NCBI GenBank assembly: GCA_044223005.1
Contig: JBGAML010000026.1
Coordinates: 1-39,070, forward strand
Origin: Candidatus Eiseniibacteriota bacterium
GTDB lineage: Bacteria > Eisenbacteria > RBG-16-71-46
Length of the DNA: 39,070 nt
Reading direction: 5' to 3'
The notes under the pieces: model-generated
What the model saw: the letters and a program-made list of their open reading frames with translations, nothing else
Told to the model about the DNA's origin: nothing
The model's database searches: none
Shown here: positions 35,865 through 39,070 of the stretch, piece by piece
Numbering within the stretch: the first letter of the stretch is position 1
Layout of the letters: each line of letters begins with the position of its first letter
Translations under genes and position numbers: made by a program

Positions 35865-36097
35865 CGTCGCGGCTCCACGCTCCGGCGGCCTCCCGTGCGG
35901 GTGGCCGCCGGCGCGTTTCGCCGCACGGACTTCGCCGCCCGGGTGCGCCAGCAGCCTCTTGCCCGGCCGGGCGCGCCGCGTTTCACCCCGCGGCGCTCGG
36001 CGCTATGCTGCTCCCGCACGCGCCTGAGCGGCCGGCGCGCCGATCCCACCGCACGCGCTCCGGCCGGGGCCGCGACCTTCCTGCACGGAGGAATCCC

Positions 36098-38194
36098 ATG
36101 AGCGAGATTCGCGTCGGCCGCGAACGGCTCGGTCACCTCGATTCGGCCACCGCGCTCGAGTGGCTCGTCACCAACGGCATCGGTGGCTACGCCTCGGGCA
36201 CGGTCGGTGGCGCGCTCACGCGCCGTTACCACGGGCTCCTCGTCGCCGCGCTCAAGCCGCCCGTCGATCGCACCCTGCTGCTGGCGAAGTTCGCCGAGCG
36301 CGTGTGCGTGGCGGGCGAGTGGGTGGACCTGGATCTCAACCACTGGGTGGGCGGCAGTTCGAGCCCGCTGGGGCACCTGCAGCTCGAGTCGTTCCGGCTC
36401 GAGTCGGGCGTGCCGGTCTGGACGTGGGCGATCGGCGACACGCGCCTCGAGAAGCGCGTGTGGATGGAGCAGGGGCAGAACACGACCTACGTGCAGTACC
36501 GGCTCGCGGCCGGTCCCGCGCCGGTGACGCTGTCGCTGCGCGCGCTGACCAACTGCCGCGACCATCACGACACCACGTCGCGCGGCGAGTGGACGGCGCA
36601 CGTCGAGGCGGCGACGGGCGGGATCATGGTGCGCGCGAAGGAGGACGGCCCTTCGCTGTGGCTCTTCGCCGAGGGCGCGACGGTGACGCCGGCGCACGTC
36701 TGGTACCGCAACTTCACGCTGGCGATCGAGACCGAACGCGGGCTCGACGATCGCGAGGACCACCTGCTGGTCGGCGAGTTCACGCGCGAGCTCGCTCCGG
36801 GCGAAGCGTTCACGGTCGTGGCGAGCACGCAGCACGACGCCGGCCGCGGCCCGCTCGCGCTCGCGGGCGCACTGCCGCGACGCCACGCGCATGCGCGCTC
36901 GCTGCACGAGAGCTGGGAGCGCGCGCACGGCAAGCTCGCCAAGTCGGCGCCCTCGTGGGTGCGGCAGCTCGTGCTGGCCGCGGACTCGTTCGTGGTCGAG
37001 CGCTCGCCGGGCGGCGAAGAGGCGTTGCGCGGCACGCCGGGCGCCCCGCGCAGCGTGCTCGCGGGCTATCCGTGGTTCACCGACTGGGGCCGCGACACGA
37101 TGATCTCGCTGCCGGGACTGGCGCTCACGACGGGCCGCCCGGAGATCGCGCGCGCGGTGCTGGAGCTGTTCGCGGCCAACGTCGACCGCGGCATGCTGCC
37201 CAACTACTTCCCGGACGACGGCTCGCCGGCGGAATACAACACGGTCGACGCGGCGCTCTGGTTCTTCCAGGCGGTCGAGGCGTACGTCGAGTCGACAGGT
37301 GATCTCGAACTGCTCGAAAAGGTCTACCCGGCACTCGAGGACATCGGCGCCTGGTACGAACGCGGCACGCGCTTCGGCATCCAGGTGGATCCGCACGACT
37401 GGCTGGTGACGCAGGGCGCCGACGGCGTGGCGCTCACGTGGATGGACGCGCGCGTCGAGGAGTGGGTGGTCACGCCGCGCAAGGGCAAGCCGGTCGAGAT
37501 CAACGCGCTCTGGTACAACGCGCTGATGGCGATGACGCGTTTCGCGCGCCGGCTGGGCCGGCCGCACCTGGCGTACGACGACATGGCGCAGCGCGTGGTG
37601 AACTCGTTCGCGCGTTTCTGGAACCCGGACGCGAACTGCCTCTACGACGTGCTCGACGGCCCGAACGGCCCGGATGCGTCGCTGCGCCCGAACCAGGTGT
37701 TCGCGTGCTCGCTGCCGGATTCGCCGCTCGACACGCCGCAGCGCCGCGCGGTGGTCGACACGGTGGGCCGCCACCTGCTGACGTCCTACGGTCTGCGCAG
37801 CCTGGCGGCGAGGTCGCGCGAATACCGCGGCCGCATGGCGGGCGATCGTCGCACGCGCGACGGGGCGTACCACCAGGGCACGGTCTGGACGTGGCTGCTG
37901 GGCCCGTACGCTCTGGCGCACTTCTCGGCGTACGGCGATCGCGACGCGGCGCTGGCGCTCCTGGAGCCGATGCGCGACTTCGAGCGCGCGATGTGCGTGG
38001 GCACGCTGGCCGAGGTGGCCGACGGCGACGCCCCGCACGCGCCACGCGGCTGCTTCGCGCAAGCCTGGACGGTGGCGGAAACGCTCCGCGCCTGGCACGT
38101 GATCTCGGCCGCCCGCTCGACCCCGAAGAAGCGCCCCGCGAAGCGAACCGTCCGCAAAGCTCCCAATCGCGCGATCGTCACGCCTCGCGCCTGA
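36098..38194 (+). CDS. Glycogen debranching enzyme / amylo-alpha-1,6-glucosidase (GDE_N + GDE_C)
   Basis: ATG after GGAGG. EWLVTNGIGGYASGT..RRYHGLL, AGYPWFTDWGRDTMISLPGL, YNTVDAALW, TWMDA, GKPVEINALWYNAL, LRPNQ, YHQGTVW, QAWTVAE. Confidence 0.93.
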   Translation: MSEIRVGRERLGHLDSATALEWLVTNGIGGYASGTVGGALTRRYHGLLVAALKPPVDRTLLLAKFAERVCVAGEWVDLDLNHWVGGSSSPLGHLQLESFRLESGVPVWTWAIGDTRLEKRVWMEQGQNTTYVQYRLAAGPAPVTLSLRALTNCRDHHDTTSRGEWTAHVEAATGGIMVRAKEDGPSLWLFAEGATVTPAHVWYRNFTLAIETERGLDDREDHLLVGEFTRELAPGEAFTVVASTQHDAGRGPLALAGALPRRHAHARSLHESWERAHGKLAKSAPSWVRQLVLAADSFVVERSPGGEEALRGTPGAPRSVLAGYPWFTDWGRDTMISLPGLALTTGRPEIARAVLELFAANVDRGMLPNYFPDDGSPAEYNTVDAALWFFQAVEAYVESTGDLELLEKVYPALEDIGAWYERGTRFGIQVDPHDWLVTQGADGVALTWMDARVEEWVVTPRKGKPVEINALWYNALMAMTRFARRLGRPHLAYDDMAQRVVNSFARFWNPDANCLYDVLDGPNGPDASLRPNQVFACSLPDSPLDTPQRRAVVDTVGRHLLTSYGLRSLAARSREYRGRMAGDRRTRDGAYHQGTVWTWLLGPYALAHFSAYGDRDAALALLEPMRDFERAMCVGTLAEVADGDAPHAPRGCFAQAWTVAETLRAWHVISAARSTPKKRPAKRTVRKAPNRAIVTPRA

Positions 38195-38441
38195 CGGCTC
38201 TCGAAAGGCCACGGCCCTCGCCCGAAGTGCTGGCCCCGAGGGACGGGAGATGTGGACGAAAGGACCACTCGACCGATTCCGTGCGCGAGGGGGAGAATTC
38301 GACCCAGGCGTGCGGCGGATTCGTGTTCCCCCGATTCGACCCGCGCCGCCGCCCGGTCACGGTTCACCGACTTCGTCCTTCGCTCGCGCGCTCGGATGCA
38401 GCTTCCGGTGGCGCCAGCGGAACCCCACCGGTGAGGCCCAA

Positions 38442-38912
38442 ATGCGCTACTGCCTGCTCGCCGTTCTGTTGTCGCTCCTGCCCGCCTCGGCTCATGCGGT
38501 GATTCCCAAGCTCCAGGTCAACGTCATCTCGGCGAACGCCGAGACGGTCTGGGTCGCGGTCACGCCGCCCCCGAACATCTGCGGAGTGTGGACCCCGGGA
38601 CCTTACTGTCCTCCCTTGTCGTGGACGACGTATTCCATTTCGCCGTGCCCGCTCGGACGCCCGTGTTCCGCCGGGACGTACACGCGCTACTTCGCGAACA
38701 CGTTCATCGCATCCGACACGCTCGCGCTCGACCCGCAAGCCTCCTACACGTTCGGTGGCAGCTACGACTGCGCCAACCAGCACTCGCACCCGATCTACGG
38801 CTGCGCGATCGAGTTCAGCAACACGTACTACTACGACCCGTACGTCTTCTCCTACGCCCCGACGCCGACCGTGCACCGTTCATGGGGCGCGTTGAAGAGC
38901 GTCTATCGCTGA
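38442..38912 (+). CDS. Small secreted Cys/Tyr-rich hypothetical protein with C-terminal WGxLKSxYR tag
   Basis: ATG after GAGG, signal peptide ends SAHA. Six Cys in the mature part. Ends TPTVHRSWGALKSVYR*. Confidence 0.82.
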   Translation: MRYCLLAVLLSLLPASAHAVIPKLQVNVISANAETVWVAVTPPPNICGVWTPGPYCPPLSWTTYSISPCPLGRPCSAGTYTRYFANTFIASDTLALDPQASYTFGGSYDCANQHSHPIYGCAIEFSNTYYYDPYVFSYAPTPTVHRSWGALKSVYR

Positions 38913-38948
38913 GGCGCGGTTTCCGCGCTCGGTCCTCGAGACGTCGCT

Positions 38949-39070
38949 GTTCGGGAGCGGTACGTCTTTCCGCCCCACCGCTCGGTGAGTGGGATACCTC
39001 GGAGGAGGGTACGCTCCGTTCGGGCATCCTGCCCTCACTGCGCTAGGCGCTCCACTCGCTCGCGCCATCC
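38949..39070 (+). repeat. Structured repeat, copy C, truncated by the window end
   Basis: Near-identical to the reverse complement of copy B (about 34324-34445): GTTCGGGAGCGGTACGTCTTTCCGCCCCACCGCTCGG...GGGCATCCTGCCC...GCCATCC. Confidence 0.9.

Overview
This is a very high-GC bacterial window rich in signal-peptide proteins. The gene content is diderm-type; by inference it resembles Candidatus Eisenbacteria or related FCB-associated lineages, which I cannot verify here. From left to right it holds: the N-terminus of a Zn-ribbon (IS1-like) transposase; two paralogous secreted proteins; two SurA/PrsA-like parvulin genes divergent from a PorU/gingipain-like C25 peptidase, a HEAT-cyclophilin and a GT-C-like membrane protein; a ComEA-like HhH gene coupled to an upstream RAPP-containing ORF; a nucleoside ABC transporter with PNP; a beta-helix/dockerin/cohesin/FlgD surface-protein operon; PP2C, heparinase II/III-like, MBL hydrolase and OM beta-barrel genes; BMP lipoprotein and tdk; a pair of structured repeats; a small gene behind a sigma-28-like promoter; a glycogen debranching enzyme; and a final secreted protein followed by a third repeat copy. 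The main candidate novel system is a 16-residue C-terminal tag, [TV][PA]xxxx[ST]WGxLKS[LV]YR-stop, shared by three otherwise dissimilar secreted proteins. It appears interchangeable with the FlgD/T9SS-like C-terminal domain, and a sortase-like C25 peptidase plus three foldases lie in the same window. A second strong signal is a ~180-bp repeat whose 32-bp stem shows compensatory base changes between copies.
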